Of a DNA stretch of 64,000 bases, positions 63,768 through 64,000 are shown piece by piece. A program made the position numbers and the translations under genes. Each line of letters starts with the position of its first letter. Position 1 is the stretch's first letter. The DNA is from Gemmatimonadales bacterium (GTDB lineage Bacteria > Gemmatimonadota > Gemmatimonadetes > Gemmatimonadales > Gemmatimonadaceae), in NCBI GenBank assembly GCA_038208015.1, contig JBBQZF010000001.1:770-64769 (forward strand), read 5' to 3'. The notes under the pieces are model-generated. The model made no database searches. It had not been told where the DNA came from and saw only the letters and a program-made list of their open reading frames with translations.

Positions 63768-64000
63768 CTACACCAGCGCGCGAAGCGAGTTCTTCTTCTT
63801 CATAGCCGCCGCCCAAATATCACCGCGCTCCCTGAACCTCTCTGGCGCGGTCTCGATTGTGAACTCCCGGGGATCCAGATCGTCGGTGAGCTCGTCCCAC
63901 TCCAGCGGCGTTGAAACCATCGCGTCGGGATTTGCCCTCGCGGAATAGGCCCCGGCGACAGTCTTCCCGATGATGTTCTGGAGGTAATCCACGTAAACCG
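63768..64000 (-). CDS. ligD: LigD-type primase-polymerase domain, C-terminal fragment (5' end outside window)
   Basis: ...GKTVAGAYSARANPDAMVSTPLEWDELTDDLDPREFTIETAPERFRERGDIW matches the C-terminus of NHEJ LigD polymerase domains. The frame is open to the window edge. Confidence 0.7.
   Translation of the reverse strand, partial: VYVDYLQNIIGKTVAGAYSARANPDAMVSTPLEWDELTDDLDPREFTIETAPERFRERGDIWAAAMKKKNSLRALV

Overview
GC-rich bacterial chromosomal segment covering the replication-origin neighbourhood. The gene content (GWxTD protein, BMP-type importer, cupredoxin) suggests a Gemmatimonadota-like lineage, but this is inference and I cannot verify it here. Gene order: upp (3' fragment), two hypotheticals, then on the minus strand mnmE, an MBL-fold hydrolase, yidC, yidD, rnpA and rpmH. 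These diverge from dnaA-dnaN on the plus strand. Next come RNase P RNA (rnpB, minus strand, hidden under spurious ORFs), an AraC-type regulator, pyrE, a histidine kinase convergent with a Hanks-type Ser/Thr kinase, a GWxTD protein, csp, polA, an acyltransferase, and a minus-strand run parA-parB-BMP binding protein-nif3-ABC ATPase-two permeases with one near-consensus parS upstream of parA. After that: a SIMPL protein, two dienelactone hydrolases, an EamA transporter, mnmG, an ArsC-family protein, a class V aminotransferase, an ABC-F protein, murB, an M16 peptidase pair, a cupredoxin, an orphan polysaccharide co-polymerase/BY-kinase-like protein, a GAF (fRMsr-like) protein plus an HD hydrolase, ispG, a second csp, and an arginine cluster (argH-argG divergent from argR-argC-argB-argD). 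The window ends with an Smr protein, a Crp-family regulator, an esterase, a Lys/Ser/Ala-repeat histone-H1-like protein, an aldo/keto reductase, a desaturase, yggX, a GH3 hydrolase, an NrtR-like regulator and a ligD polymerase-domain fragment at the right edge. rpmH (54 aa) and rnpB are absent from the ORF track and were found by reading the sequence. The track also uses GTG/TTG as M, and several ORFs are over-extended at the 5' end; I give the shorter starts I consider more likely. I found no tRNA or rRNA genes, CRISPR arrays, transposases, integrases, phage genes or recognisable defence genes. This is core housekeeping DNA and I do not see a convincing novel multigene system. The signals I cannot explain are mostly non-coding: (1) a purine-rich, T-poor intergenic element with GAGGGCGCAGAG repeats, present as a ~300-nt copy (63.1-63.4 kb) and a ~100-nt copy (32.4 kb); (2) a DnaA-box plus trinucleotide-array plus AT-rich arrangement in the dnaA-dnaN spacer; (3) an rnpA whose conserved N-terminus has no canonical start codon; (4) a perfect CRP-type palindrome upstream of the cupredoxin gene; (5) several perfect palindromes at promoters; (6) a 15-bp x 10 coding tandem repeat.
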